This document shows, in pieces, positions 22,920-35,637 of a stretch of DNA of 40,161 bases. The stretch spans positions 34,306,909 to 34,347,069 of the forward strand of contig NC_068993.1 of the NCBI RefSeq assembly GCF_001194135.2, given 5' to 3'. The position numbers and the translations under genes were made by a program. Source of the stretch: Octopus bimaculoides (lineage: Eukaryota). A model generated the notes under the pieces. That model saw nothing but the letters and a program-made list of their open reading frames with translations, was not told the DNA's origin and did not search any database. Each line of letters begins with the position of its first letter. Position 1 is the first letter of the stretch.

Positions 22920-23399
22920 TGTAGTATATTGCCACTTAAGTGTGGCTGACCCCTAGGGGTGGATGTTACTGTTGCTTTTAGCCCCAGGAGGACATCTCCT
23001 CCAGCTGGCTTATCGACACANNNNNNNNNNNNNNNNNNNNNNNNNNNNNNNNNNNNNNNNNNNNNNNNNNNNNNNNNNNNNNNNNNNNNNNNNNNNNNNN
23101 NNNNNNNNNNNNNNNNNNNNNNNNNNNNNNNNNNNNNNNNNNNNNNNNNNNNNNNNNNNNNNNNNNNNNNNNNNNNNNNNNNNNNNNNNNNNNNNNNNNN
23201 NNNNNNNNNNNNNNNNNAAATAACCCTGAAATCCGGATACGTTCGTGCTGCTGGCCGAGGTGAGAGGGATAACTCCCTTGGCAAACAGGACACAGTCGTG
23301 TGTCGATAAGCCAGCTGGAGGAGATGTCCTCCTGGGGCTAAAAGCAACAGTAACATCCACCCCTAGGGGTCAGCCACACTTAAGTGGCAATATACTACA
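22920..23399. repeat. Perfect 101-bp inverted repeat flanking a gap (possible foldback/MITE)
   Basis: 22920-23020 is the exact reverse complement of 23299-23399; TGT...ACA termini; gap at 23021-23217. Confidence 0.75.
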
Positions 23400-23454
23400 C
23401 TTTATCCTGCAGTTACTGTTAATACTTCATATAGAGAATTAACATTGCTTATTA

Positions 23455-23720
23455 TTTTATTCTTTTATTCTTTTACACGTTTTAGTAATTTGATTGTTTC
23501 CATGCTAGAGCACCGCCTTAAATGGTTTGGGTCGATGGAATCGACCCCAGGACTTATTCTTTGTAAACCTAGCATTTATTCTATGGGATCTCTTGCCGAA
23601 CCGCTATCTTAGGTGAACATAACACACCAAAATCTGTTGACAAGCGATTGCGGGGGGACAAGCACAGACACAAAGACACACACACATAAATACATACACA
23701 CACACGTACATATATATACG
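23455..23720 (-). mobile_element. SINE family A 3' half
   Basis: ccatgct.gagcaccgcctt..atcgaccccaggacttattctttgtaa.cctag..gccgaaccgcta matches 36850-37020. Confidence 0.85.
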
Positions 23721-24129
23721 GAATATATTTGGAATATGCCTACTTGCATGCCCTACTTATCAGTAAGGAAAAGATTAGAAATTAAGTTAGCCTCCTCTGA
23801 CACAGTCTTAAATGATACTCATTGTATTTATATGCACAAAAATGAAAAATTATGAAAAGAAAAATAAAAAAATTTCTTCCTCCCTACATTCATTCCAATT
23901 AATTTACTCAAATTTTCAAATACATCGAATATTGTCATAATTGAATAGCTTTAGATCAAGAGACCTTGCGGATGCTTTCGAGAAAGTATCAACATTTAAA
24001 GGTTCGTCTTGTTTCAGGAAAGTTCCTTCCGAACACATGATATATGCAATCTTGATATATTGTTAAAGAGATTTGTTGAGAAAAACTAGTCTTGTAAGGG
24101 TTATCATCACTATAAACATATGTTCTATA

Positions 24130-24194
<65 letters not shown>

Positions 24195-24229
24195 CATGTA
24201 TGTATGTATTATGTATGTATGAATGCATG

Positions 24230-24263
<34 letters not shown>

Positions 24264-24399
24264 TGTATGAATGCATGTATATATGTATTATGTGTCCATG
24301 TATGTGTGTGTGCATGTATGTATGCATGATACTTATTTGTAACAGCAGTTTTATGAGGCTGCAAACATAAGATCAAAGCATCCTTCCTAGATATAACGT

Positions 24400-24760
24400 A
24401 GGACAGATGTTCAAATGTGAAAAGAAGGCGAGTGGTGCACTAAAACATGTATACATTGGTGCAACCGGAGGCGTCATGAAAAATCATCTTACGTAATTTT
24501 CTAAGGAAAACAAAAGGCACTGCACATCATTATCTAACCACAGCTGGGGGCTCAAACAGAATGGAGCTCAGCATACAACCAACTGCTCTATAATAATAAA
24601 AAAAAAACGCTAGACCATACAATAAAATATCGTTCGTGTGTAACTTATATCTAGAGGAAACTGTGGAAATCATTACATCCAGGGAACACATAATTAATAG
24701 ACATTCCGAAATAACTGTATCATGCAAACCTAAGATCAAAGCATCCTTCCTAGAATTCGA
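24400..24760 (+). mobile_element. Penelope-like GIY-YIG endonuclease C-terminal relic
   Basis: MFKCEKK..KHVYIGATGG (YIG at 24452-24460)..TSLSNHSWGLK..ARPYNKISFVCNLYLEETVEII..INRHSEITVSCKPKIKASFL resembles the PLE C-terminus CNLCL.EK..I...LN.RSE...C.H. Confidence 0.75.
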
Positions 24761-25420
24761 ACAGAACATTACGAAACAGAGAAACACTACCTATCATTAA
24801 CTTCTAATTGATAAAGAAAAGAAACTATTAACGAACTAAACAAAAACACCCATGATTTTCCTGTTATATCACTGTACCACCAGAAGTGATTAAAAGAGCC
24901 ATTTAAGGGAACATTATTTATCAGCACAAATAATGAACTTCAACACCAAAACAAAGTTTGCTTCCTGGTTCAACAACATCTGAATTCATTGAGGAAGTGC
25001 CTGCTGTGACTAACGTCAGTGCAATGACCTGTACTACCCATCCTAACACGTGCACACAAAAATATCAAAACAAGCCTTGTATCACCACACATTCCCTCTC
25101 TCCTTTATCATTACCATTCCTTTCTCTCTTTTCATCACCTTGTCTCCCTCCCTACCAAATTCACACAGAACTGACTACATACCCCAATGAACCTTTTGGT
25201 TGGTAAAAAGTGATACACAACCTTCAGTTAAACATTAGTTACCTCGAACTGTAATGCCCAATCGCCCGAAGAAATGAACACATGATCTAAGACCAACCTG
25301 ATGTCCATGGATGTTACAGATTGTATAGTAATCGTCCCAGAAATACAGACTATGGTCGTAAGAGACATTTGATTTGTGAAAACGCGTGTAGCGATGCATT
25401 AAAATATTTAAAAATTCCAA

Positions 25421-25464
<44 letters not shown>

Positions 25465-26100
25465 GAAAACTCACAGTTTATTTTGCTGGGCATGATGGAA
25501 AGTGTCAGCTGTTCACAACCAGTACACTAAAGTGATACTTGTTTACTGATCATGCTTCAAGAACCCTGCGAAGAATTCTTGCAGTTCCAAGCAATGCTGG
25601 TTTTTGTAGGCGTCCTACTTTCACACTTGCACCGATCTTTTTCAGCCATGTTGGTAGTTGAGTACTTATAGTTCCAAGGGCACCAGTTACTCTTGGTATC
25701 ACGACTGCTCTCTTGATTGACCACAACCTTCCTATTTCCCACTTTAAATCGTCATAGTTGTTTATTTGTTCTTCTTTCACATTGTTCCTATTGTCAGTGG
25801 TTCCACGGCATTTTTATACGTACCACACTAGGCTGTTTTTGTCTGCTTTGATACAGTCCTGGCAACTGATCAAACCTCTCCCACCCTTTCTTCTGGACAA
25901 GTACAGCCTGTCGGTGTCACTTTTAGTGTAGAATGCTCCGTGTATTGTCAACCTTTTTCTGGTCTTGGTATCCATTTTCTTCATTTCTCTCTGTTGCCAT
26001 TTTATAATTCCCGCTCTATACGGAAGTGATGCTTCCGCCCACGTATTAACTGCTTGGATTTTATTCCATCCAGTTAATTTTGAGCGCAGCACCAACCTCA
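25421..26100 (-). mobile_element. R4/Dong-like LINE 3' fragment, internally deleted, (TAA)n tail
   Basis: LRSKLTGWNKIQAVNTWA..DTKTRKRLTIHGAF..SDTDRLYLSRRKGGRGL joined at ~25800 to KEEQINNYDDLKWEI..VTGALG..LQKPALLGTARILRRVL*; UTR 25463-25549; (TTA)n 25421-25462. Confidence 0.9.
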
Positions 26101-27539
26101 GTTATTCTTTCGCTTGAGAAGCACATACCATTTGTTTCATTTGAAAATTTTGAAGCTCTACAGAAACGACAATTTGTGTTTAGCATACTAATTTGGACAG
26201 AGTTATCATATTTATAAGAATGGGATGGATCATATCCGAAAACAGCTTCAGGAGCTGTGAAGAACGAATTTGTACGTAGTCTGTTTTTGAGAGCTATTCT
26301 ACTGGACCCTGTCTAATCATTAAAACATTGATTTAATGATCCAGCATGAAGTGCTGCAACATGCATTTGCTGATCTTGAGAAAATCTCATCTCTCTTCAG
26401 ACTCTTGCCTTCGGTTTTCTACAATCCTCCTTACTTTATACTTGTTTCTGGGGAGATTACGTCTTTTTTGTGTTTCTCCTGATCATTCCGTAAAAAAATT
26501 ATTTGAAGAGAGCAGAAATTGAAAGAAGCGAAAGCTAAAAGGACAGAGAAAGAAAGTGAAAGATGTATGTATGTCTATATGAAATGGACGCACGTGTGTG
26601 TGTGGGGTGGGGGTGGGGGTGCGCGTGTGCGTGTGAGAGAGAAAAAAGAGTGAAAAAGAGAGATAGAGCGAGTGAGTGAAGGTGTGTGTCGTGATGATTG
26701 ATGTCTTTCAAGGTACACACACATAGAAAATGTGACGTCATCGTATAAAATATTTACGATAGTTGATTTATGGAAAAGATTATGATATTAAATTTTTGAA
26801 ATGCAAATATGTGAATGGAAATTAAGTTTAATTTGCAGCCGAAATACTACTGAATCTTTTTGATACCTCATACGCCAAAATCTGTAACCCGGTTAAGGAA
26901 TATATATATACTGAAAGTATTATCTCACATTACAATAGAGACGTAATACTGAAATAGTGTAAGAGATAAGAGATTGCTCTGGGCTCGCATTAGGCAAGAA
27001 GTTGGAAATGTATTTGGTCCATGACACTACATGAACCTTGGCTTTTGTATATGACGACTGTTGCTTTAAGTATTTTATTTCGATTTTATGTATATATGTA
27101 TGTATAAGCCAATGAAGGAGGTCTTTACATAGTAGCTAGACCTGGTAGAAATAATAGCCAAATCTCCCTCAAAACACCCTCCTGTCTTAATCTGACAATT
27201 CTGCCTATTATGTAGTTTGAATGAGAAACTGTAACTAAAGATTAAGATTATTAACCCCAAACTTGGACGGTGTTAAGTAGTGGAGATGTTTGGTGATTGT
27301 ATGTGGTGGTAACTTTTGACTGTTTCTTCTCAATAAGGTTAATTGATTGATAACGAATCTTAACACAATATAGATACAACTTCAAGTGGAATCGGACATC
27401 ATAAGAGAGACAGAGAGAAGAAAGAAGAGAGACAGCATAGCGACAGTTTTGTCTGACTGTCATCCTGTACTCCCCTTGTTGCTAGTGAAACGGTCTGTGC
27501 CGTCTATCTGAGCAAACACGTTGCTTTTAATGGCGGAAC

Positions 27540-27729
27540 AAACAGGATAAATAGATTACAAAAATAGCGATTCTCACTTTGAAACTAATAATTTTGAAAA
27601 TCTTTTTATATTACGGAACGCCCCGCTCTCTCATGCACCCATGTTTAAAATTTCAGCGTGATCGGATGAACAACACTCGTGTTATAAGCGCGCAAACAGA
27701 CAGACGGAACGGATTTTATATTATATATA
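27540..27729 (+). mobile_element. Possible non-autonomous Helitron/Helentron (DINE-1/Lep1-like) 3' end
   Basis: aaatttcagcgtgatcggatgaa..gttataagcgcgcaaacagacagacggaacggattttatattatata resembles from recall the AAATTTCA..GATCGG..(CAGA)n..TTTATA end architecture; runs into a gap. Confidence 0.4.
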
Positions 27730-29628
27730 NNNNNNNNNNNNNNNNNNNNNNNNNNNNNNNNNNNNNNNNNNNNNNNNNNNNNNNNNNNNNNNNNNNNNNN
27801 NNNNNNNNNNNNNNNNNNNNNNNNNNNNNNNNNNNNNNNNNNNNNNNNNNNNNNNNNNNNNNNNNNNNNNNNNTATATATATATATATATATATATGGTT
27901 TACTGATCCGCTATTTGTAGGTCAGGTGTGGAGTATGCGGTGTTGCTACATTCACCATTTGTTGGTATATTCTCGGGTCCTTCCAGGAGCCCCAGTATGT
28001 CTCTGTCTCCGTGAGACAACACCCCGCTTGGCGTTGCCAGATAGAATGATACTGTGTTGAGCCGATTCATTGCCATAAATTGTAGGTCAAATTGTTTAGC
28101 AAGTTTATAATACGGAAACATTAATTAACGAAATTAATTGTGGTATAATTTACACATCGGTCTATTTATTTTGGAATTTATTCTAAGTGTGCAAATAATT
28201 TGCAAATTAGAAGTTTATGAAATCAACCAAATATTGCTAAGATTTGAAGCATTTTTGCTAACGATTTATTCGTCTGTGACTAAATCGTAAGTGCGTTTAT
28301 GTCTAAATTGTTTATCCGCGATACAAACATTCAGGCTTATATATACAGTGTCGATAGCAATTCTTTTTCTTGGAACCCTTGGATTATTTTGAGTTTTATA
28401 TTTGATAAAAGAAGCCTCCCAGAAATATAATGAAATCATTTAGTGACCTATATAGAGCGAAACCTTATACTGTCTTCCACTTTATTCATTGTCATGTCCT
28501 TACACATTTACATTAACTCCACACCTACATTGCTTAAAGGTCTTTTTTAAAGTATTCATAACGGTTGATGATATTTAAAATGAAGTTGTCACCATCAGAA
28601 GTGAGTCTATATTAATATGTTGATATCGCATTGAAATCTGATTTGTAGCTGACGGGGGATGTATCCCTAATATCTTGAAAATGCCTCTCGTTCTCGTTAA
28701 TATTTCTCCTCGTTCTGTCTTGATTTGTTTTAGCTAACTAGAATGGTTCAGACTCTTATTTTCTTTTACTGTTCTTTGTTAGAGTGTTATTAGTAGGTTA
28801 ACTGCAAATTTTGCGAATTTTATCCATTGTGGTAAATAGTTGTCTACGAAGATCGAAATAATGTCGTAATAAGTCAGAAACAAAATACGCACGCACGCGC
28901 GCGCACACACGTACACGCACACACGGACACTCACGCGCGCACACACACACACACACACACATATAAATACACACACACATCGAAACGTACACATGTGCAC
29001 ACGCACACGAGTATACACGCACATACGTACATATATTAATGTGTACTGGATTCAGTTATTTTGATGGCTTTGTATATCAACATTGACATTAGTTATCAGT
29101 TTGATATTAATTAAATCTGAATAACTAATTTTACCCGAGTTACGCCAAAGACATGAACATCAAAAGATCTTCACATCAACATACACCAAGGCGCCCTCTA
29201 TGTGCATATACATAAATACGACAGGGTTCTGCAAATGTTCTTTACACCAAAATTTCCAGTATTAGCCTATTGCAGAAACAACTTGACCTAGGTTCTCTCC
29301 AGTAAGATCGAAATCGGAATCATGTTGTCTAACTGACAAGGCAAGACTTACGTCAACTGAGGATAGTTTTTGGTCTTCTAATACGTCTCGGTTACGCCCG
29401 TTTACAACCTTTTACAACAATTACCTTTAGTCTTTCTTCTACATCAAAATCAATAAAGAAAGTATGACACAAAGAACTGGTGTCGATACTATTGACTGCA
29501 ACTTTACAGGGAGTTGTTTGTTGTTACAAAAAAGCAAATTACAAATAAAAAGAAGACACAAAAATACGAATACATCCTTACACATACAAATTTATATGTG
29601 CACACATGTATGTGTGTATGTTTGTGTG

Positions 29629-29662
<34 letters not shown>

Positions 29663-29897
29663 TAAATATCCAAGCAAGCAGGAAAAATAAATTCTATAAA
29701 ATTACGAAAGATACTCCAAAATATATTTAAGCAGGTCCTGCTTTTTTATATAATTTATATCTTACAGAGAAATTTCCAGCAAATTAACAATCTGCATTTT
29801 ATTACACAACCCAATCATCATGTTTGATTGAATGTACATAGCATACTCAAATTATTTTTTATATTCTGACTTTGCTTTCCTAATTTATCAATGTTAT

Positions 29898-30341
29898 ACT
29901 AATATTTAGTGTTTGTTTGTGTAAAACATATGATTACACAGAATATGGGATTTGACTCTACACTAATATTTAGTGTTTGTTTGTGTAAAACATATGATTA
30001 CACAGAATATGGGATTTGACTCTGCACTAATATTTAGTGTTTATTTGTGTAAAACATATGATTACACAGAATATGGGATTTGACTCTACACTAATATTTA
30101 GTGTTTGTTTGTGTAAAACATGATTACACAGAATATGGGATTTGACTCTACACTAATATTTAGTGTTTTTTTGTGTAAAACATATGATTACACAGAATAT
30201 GGGATTTGACTCTACACTAATATTTAGTGTTTATTTGTGTAAAACACGATTACACAGAATATGGGATTTGACTCTACACTAATATTTAGTGTTTATTTGT
30301 GTAAAACATATGATTACACAGAATATGGGATTTGACTCTAC
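29898..30341. repeat. 64-bp minisatellite, 7 tandem copies
   Basis: Unit actaatatttagtgtttgtttgtgtaaaacatatgattacacagaatatgggatttgactctac; starts at 29898, 29962, 30026, 30090, 30152, 30216, 30278 (copies 4 and 6 are 62 bp). Confidence 0.97.
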
Positions 30342-31050
30342 AGGTGTGAACGAATGTACATTTTTATTCGACTTTGAACTCTTTTTATTTTCATACTTTA
30401 TAGGGGCGATTGTACTCACTGAAAAATCAAAAAAATATTTTTTTCTTTCTCACTTTTTATCTTCCCATCTTACTTCCTAAAATTGACATCTTGAAAGGTC
30501 ATTTAGCAAATGTCTCCAATTATGAGAAAATGTGTATATTTACAAATATGTTAATCAGTATACAATGAGGAAGGAAAGAGAGGGAAGAAAAAAAGAAAAA
30601 TGCTTTGCAATGAAATTTCAATGCGTTGACCATATCAAATTGAAAAGAAACCTCACTCTCTCTCTCTGTGTCCTTAACACCCCACTTTGTTTTTCTTCCT
30701 CTTTCTCGATTGTCCAGCTCCCTATCTTTCTCTCTTTCTCCCCACCTCAAAATCCATAAAGAATTCTCCTCTACTAACCAAAACAAACAAAAAAAATACA
30801 TCTGGTTCGCATAAAAAAAAAAAACCAAGAAGCGTTCTGTTTTTAGCATTTTGGTTTTAACTTTTGTCTTGAAGAGTTCAGTGAAACGAACCAAAGCGCC
30901 AATAAGGAATTATTCAAAATTCTGACTGTTTCCTTTTTCTCAATATACAATTTTTGTACACCACTTCAAACTCTTTCTTTCTTTTTTTCTTTCTTTCTAC
31001 ACACACACACGCACGAACACACATATTTATATATACAGTACATACAAAAT

Positions 31051-31084
<34 letters not shown>

Positions 31085-31903
31085 TTATAAACACATATAT
31101 CGTTATGGTATATTCTGTTAAGAACGAAGTAGAGTGCAGTATAAATCTCGTCCACCTTCAGAGTTCACCTTGTGATATCCAGTAGTAGTATCATATGTAC
31201 TTCCAGGTTTACAAATGAGCGTCTGTCTTGTGTGAAAAGATAACTGAAAACAATTTGGAGTCAACAAGAAGGAGTACGTTTGGACATTTATTTTTTTAAT
31301 CACTACAATTGTTTCCACGCAACCTAGTTCTCCAGGCGCGCAGGTACTTAATTATGCAACTGTTTTCCAGCATTATGAAATCTGCTAATGTCTCCTCTGG
31401 TGATATGTAAATATTGTTTCCGTAAGTTCACATTCTCTGCCTCAAGAAATGGGGGAGAAAAGCACAAATGCATACGTACGTGTGCCTGACCAGTGGAAAA
31501 GCACAAAAGCATGCACGCTTGTGTTTGTCGGATCTCCGCTCGTGTGTTTAAAGGAACAAGATTCAACGTTAGAAGAAAAATATATACTAAGTCATGGGGA
31601 TAAGCGTATAAATATTTAACAGATATACACATAATGATATTTCGTGGAAACTGATTTAGTGTGAGGACTTAAGAGAAGGAGAAGCAAAAATAAAGAAGAA
31701 AACCGATTAAATTAAGAACGATTATGTAATATAAAGAAAGATGAGTAAATACAGCAACACCGAAAACATACTGCGAAATAATAGGAAGTCGTATACTGAA
31801 GTTGTGCTATCTAAAATATAACCGATGTCCGGACTTATTGGTGTTTCTGGTATCGAACTTCAAAGCCAACTGTATAATTTGATGCCTTCTTCAACGTAGT
31901 TGA

Positions 31904-31974
31904 GCACAATGTAATAGCGCATTGTAAGGCACACTTTAAGAGCGCATTGTAAGGCACAATGTAAGAGTGCATTT
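31904..31974. repeat. 25-bp tandem repeat, ~2.8 copies
   Basis: gcacaatgtaatagcgcattgtaag / gcacactttaagagcgcattgtaag / gcacaatgtaagagtgcattt. Confidence 0.85.
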
Positions 31975-32295
31975 TTGATGCTGGCTCAATGATGTGCTGC
32001 TCAAATGTTTAAAACCGCAAGTATTGCATACAGTTTCACCTTGAAACTAGGCGTGAACTAGCGTTGAAAGCACACTTGGTGCAGAAACAATTGTGACTGA
32101 TCATTAAAGATGTGTTGAATTCTTCCTTTGTCTTATTATTTAGATTGTATTTTATTCTTCGATAAACTCACACAAGGTTTTTAAATCTGAAGAATTTCAA
32201 TATCCGACAGTGTAGATAGCCTAAAGCTTAGGTTCATTGCTGCATTAGAAATACTCTTTCTACACTTCGAGGACGTTACAAATATATATATATCT

Positions 32296-32515
32296 TTATT
32301 CATTTACTTGTTTCAGTCATTTGACTGCGGCCATGCAGGAGCACCACCTTTGGTCGAACAAATCGACCGGAGGACTTGTTCTTTGTAAGCCTAGTACTTA
32401 TTCAATGGTCTCTTTTGCCAAACCGCTAAGTTACGGGGTATGTAAACACATCAACATCGGTTGTCAAGCGATGATGGGAGGACATACATAGACACACACA
32501 CACACAAAAATACAT

Positions 32516-32577
<62 letters not shown>

Positions 32578-32611
32578 GATAGGCTTCTTTCAGTTTCCGT
32601 CTACTAAATCG
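32296..32611 (-). mobile_element. SINE family A, 5'-truncated
   Basis: tacttgtttcagtcatttgactgcggccatg..cctagtacttatt..ccgctaagttacgggg, internal (CA)(TA) microsatellite, gcttctttcagtttccgtctac; matches 36840-37110. Confidence 0.9.
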
Positions 32612-35352
32612 GTGTGTGTATATCTAGGATTATATGCAAGTGTCTAAGAGTGCATGTCAATATGAATGTTTGGGTATATTCCTTTGTGTATATCTGCAAA
32701 CTCTCTCTCTATCAATTCAGACATGTTATATATGTATTAAGTTTTTTCCTTCCATTATACACACTTGCTATTTGTCAATCTGATTAGAATCCTTATACTG
32801 GGTACTTTTAGGATCTTGTAGACTCCTTAAAAGACGGATTTCTCTTTCCCCCCGCTCTCCTGCTGTAATTCTCTAGCTCTCCCCATTACACCCCCCTCTC
32901 TCTAGATTTTGCTTTCTATCATTTTCTACCTGTTACAATTTCTTTTTGTTTATGTTCGTTATCGTCTCTTATCTGCACAATTTGTATTGACGTACACATT
33001 CTGTCCATATTTAATGTATGCGTATAGATAGTTATTTCTACAGGGGTCTAACGTCTGCCTTTCTGTATATAAATATATACCTAAAATTATCACTTTTTAG
33101 GATATAGAATTTGTAATTCAAACATAATTGTAAAGTTGCCAGAACAATAAGGGTGTAAGAAGTTGCGGCATAACGTTCCTTACAGCTGTTTCTAAAATAG
33201 GAGTGCATGTGTTGCATATCTCAGTGAGCGAAGATTTCCGTTTAAAAGTCAACTAGAACGTCTTCAGAGAAGAAGGGGGAAGGAATATCCATAATAAAGG
33301 ATATTAGTCGCTACCATTTCCATCGTAGAAGAGAGAGTGAGGTAGATTATGAGTGGGAGATTTGCGAGGAATACGGCAAATGTAAAGGAAAGATAATCAT
33401 GAACGAATGAAAGTATATAGAATATAACTGATAGAGTGAAGGTGTACATAACTTACTAGCTTAAAAGCCGCCCGCTTCATGATAAACAACATTTTTTGTC
33501 TCCCCATTCAGGGGGGTGTACAATTTTTTTTCTGTCTAACCTTCCTCTCTGTCTGTCTGTCTGTCTGTCTGTTGATTGTTTTCAAACATCACTATCAACA
33601 GTACAACCATTATCGTCACCACAACAGCCATACACACACCATTCAGACTTTTGACGCCACCATCTTCAACACCTTTGACTTCGCTACCTTCTCCTCCACC
33701 GCCATCACCACTGTCTTTCACATCCCTCACTACCACCGTCATGCTTGACCGTCTCAGCTACCACCACCATCACCTTCACCGTCGCCTCCGTCTCTATCAC
33801 AACCACAGCTCATACTATTACTATAACCCCATTACCATCTCAACTGTCAATCTCCTACCCACCCCACCATCTCTATGCCTACTAATACTCTCACCCCAGC
33901 AAGAGGAGTAGAAGACATGTCATTGGATACTGAGAGAGGGGGTCAAAGTGTGACACACTGACACACAGAAATTCGTTTTGGCATTTATTATTATAGAAGA
34001 AGCAGAGGGATACACACACACACACACACATATATATATTTATATGTGACATAACTAGTTTGATGCTTATCATCCCCACCAACACTGCAGCCCCACAAGT
34101 TTATAAAAACTATACNNNNNNNNNNNNNNNNNNNNNNNNNNNNNNNNNNNNNNNNNNNNNNNNNNNNNNNNNNNNNNNNNNNNNNNNNNNNNNNNNNNNN
34201 NNNNNNNNNNNNNNNNNNNNNNNNNNNNNNNNNNNNNNNNNNNNNNNNNNNNNNNNNNNNNNNNNNNNNNNNNNNNNNNNNNNNNNNNNNNNNNNNNNNN
34301 NNNNNNNNNNNNNNNNNNNNNNNNNNNNNNNNNNNNNNNNNNNNNNNNNNNNNNNNNNNNNNNNNNNNNNNNNNNNNNNNNNNNNNNNNNNNNNNNNNNN
34401 NNNNNNNNNNNNNNNNNNNNNNNNNNNNNNNNNNNNNNNNNNNNNNNNNNNNNNNNNNNNNNNNNNNNNNNNNNNNNNNNNNNNNNNNNNNNNNNNNNNN
34501 NNNNNNNNNNNNNNNNNNNNNNNNNNNNNNNNNNNNNNNNNNNNNNNNNNNNNNNNNNNNNNNNNNNNNNNNNNNNNNNNNNNNNNNNNNNNNNNNNNNN
34601 NNNNNNNNNNNNNNNNNNNNNNNNNNNNNNNNNNNNNNNNNNNNNNNNNNNNNNNNNNNNNNNNNNNNNNNNNNNNNNNNNNNNTATATATATATATGTC
34701 TCTGTGTGTGTGTGTGTGTGTGTGTGTGAAGAGGACTGAGGGGGTATTAAATTAAGTAGGGAAGGGAAGGTTCAGCAGTAGTGTATGACGAAGATCGTAT
34801 ATACAATGGTAAAAGCCCAAGTAGGCGTGGCGACGTCCAGTGTGGATTAGAATTATGAGATAGACAAAGAGGGTAAGTTATAGTATCAGAGCTGTAAACA
34901 AGATAAAGTCTACTGACAATAGCAGTTTAGTATTGTGATTCAAGCACGGTGTGTTGTGGGGAGGGTATTGTACTAGATATTATAGGGAGGCTATAGGGTG
35001 GGACAGAAAAGAGATCCAACGTTAAATTCAATGGGTTATAATAGTGCCAGCTATAAAAGTAGTACTGAAAATGTAAATTCATATAGAGTGAATGAAATAT
35101 CAATTTATCACTAAATTCAATAAAGAGAAGTATAACAGATTAAGGTAACATAAATTAAATTAAATAAAGTAAAATAAAAACAAAATAAAGCAAAATAAAT
35201 AATGTAAACTAAATAAATAGATTAAATAAAGTAAATATATTAATTTAATTTTACTATTTAATTTAAATAGGTGATATATAAATTTTAAGGTAGGTAGAGA
35301 GAGAAAATATAATAAAGTGGTCACTATGGGAATTCGTGTATGACGAATTAAC

Positions 35353-35616
35353 GTGTGGAGGCGCGTGGCTCAGTGGTTAGCATCATGATCGTAAGATTGT
35401 GGTTTCGATTCCTGGACCGGGTGACGCGTTGTGTTCTTGAACAAAACACTTCATTTCATGTTGCTCCAGTCCACTCAGCTGGCAAAAATGAGTAATACTG
35501 CGATGGACTGGCGTCCCGTCCGGCTGGGAGTGAACACATACGCCATAGAAACCGGAAAACCGGGCCCATGAGCCTGGCTAGGCTTTAAAAAGGGCGCATA
35601 ATAATAACAAAAAAAA
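35353..35616 (+). mobile_element. SINE family B, tail type 2, with 13-bp TSD
   Basis: tRNA-like head (ggcgcgtggctcagtggttag; ggtttcgattcc), shared core, ataataacaaaaaaaaa tail; TSD atgacgaattaac at 35340-35352 and 35617-35629. Confidence 0.92.
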
Positions 35617-35637
35617 ATGACGAATTAACACAGAACA

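Noticed and set aside
27100-27215. Remnant of another abundant repeat (gaaata..agccaaatctccctcaaa), loosely similar to ~16370-16410 and ~19660-19750
   Set aside because: Similarity is weak by eye and boundaries cannot be defined without alignment.
29898-30341. CRISPR-like array
   Set aside because: Units are contiguous with no unique spacers; eukaryotic context and no cas genes.
33443-33470. TACTAGC..GCCCGCTTC Helitron-like 5' end
   Set aside because: Too short, and no matching 3' end identified nearby.
34735-35060. Very decayed L1/Tx1 RT (GLRGIKL.., VYDED)
   Set aside because: Motifs need several assumed frameshifts and substitutions; not supportable by eye.
35353-35420. tRNA gene (also 37170-37244)
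   Set aside because: A/B-box-like motifs only; no cloverleaf, and they continue into SINE bodies with tails and TSDs.
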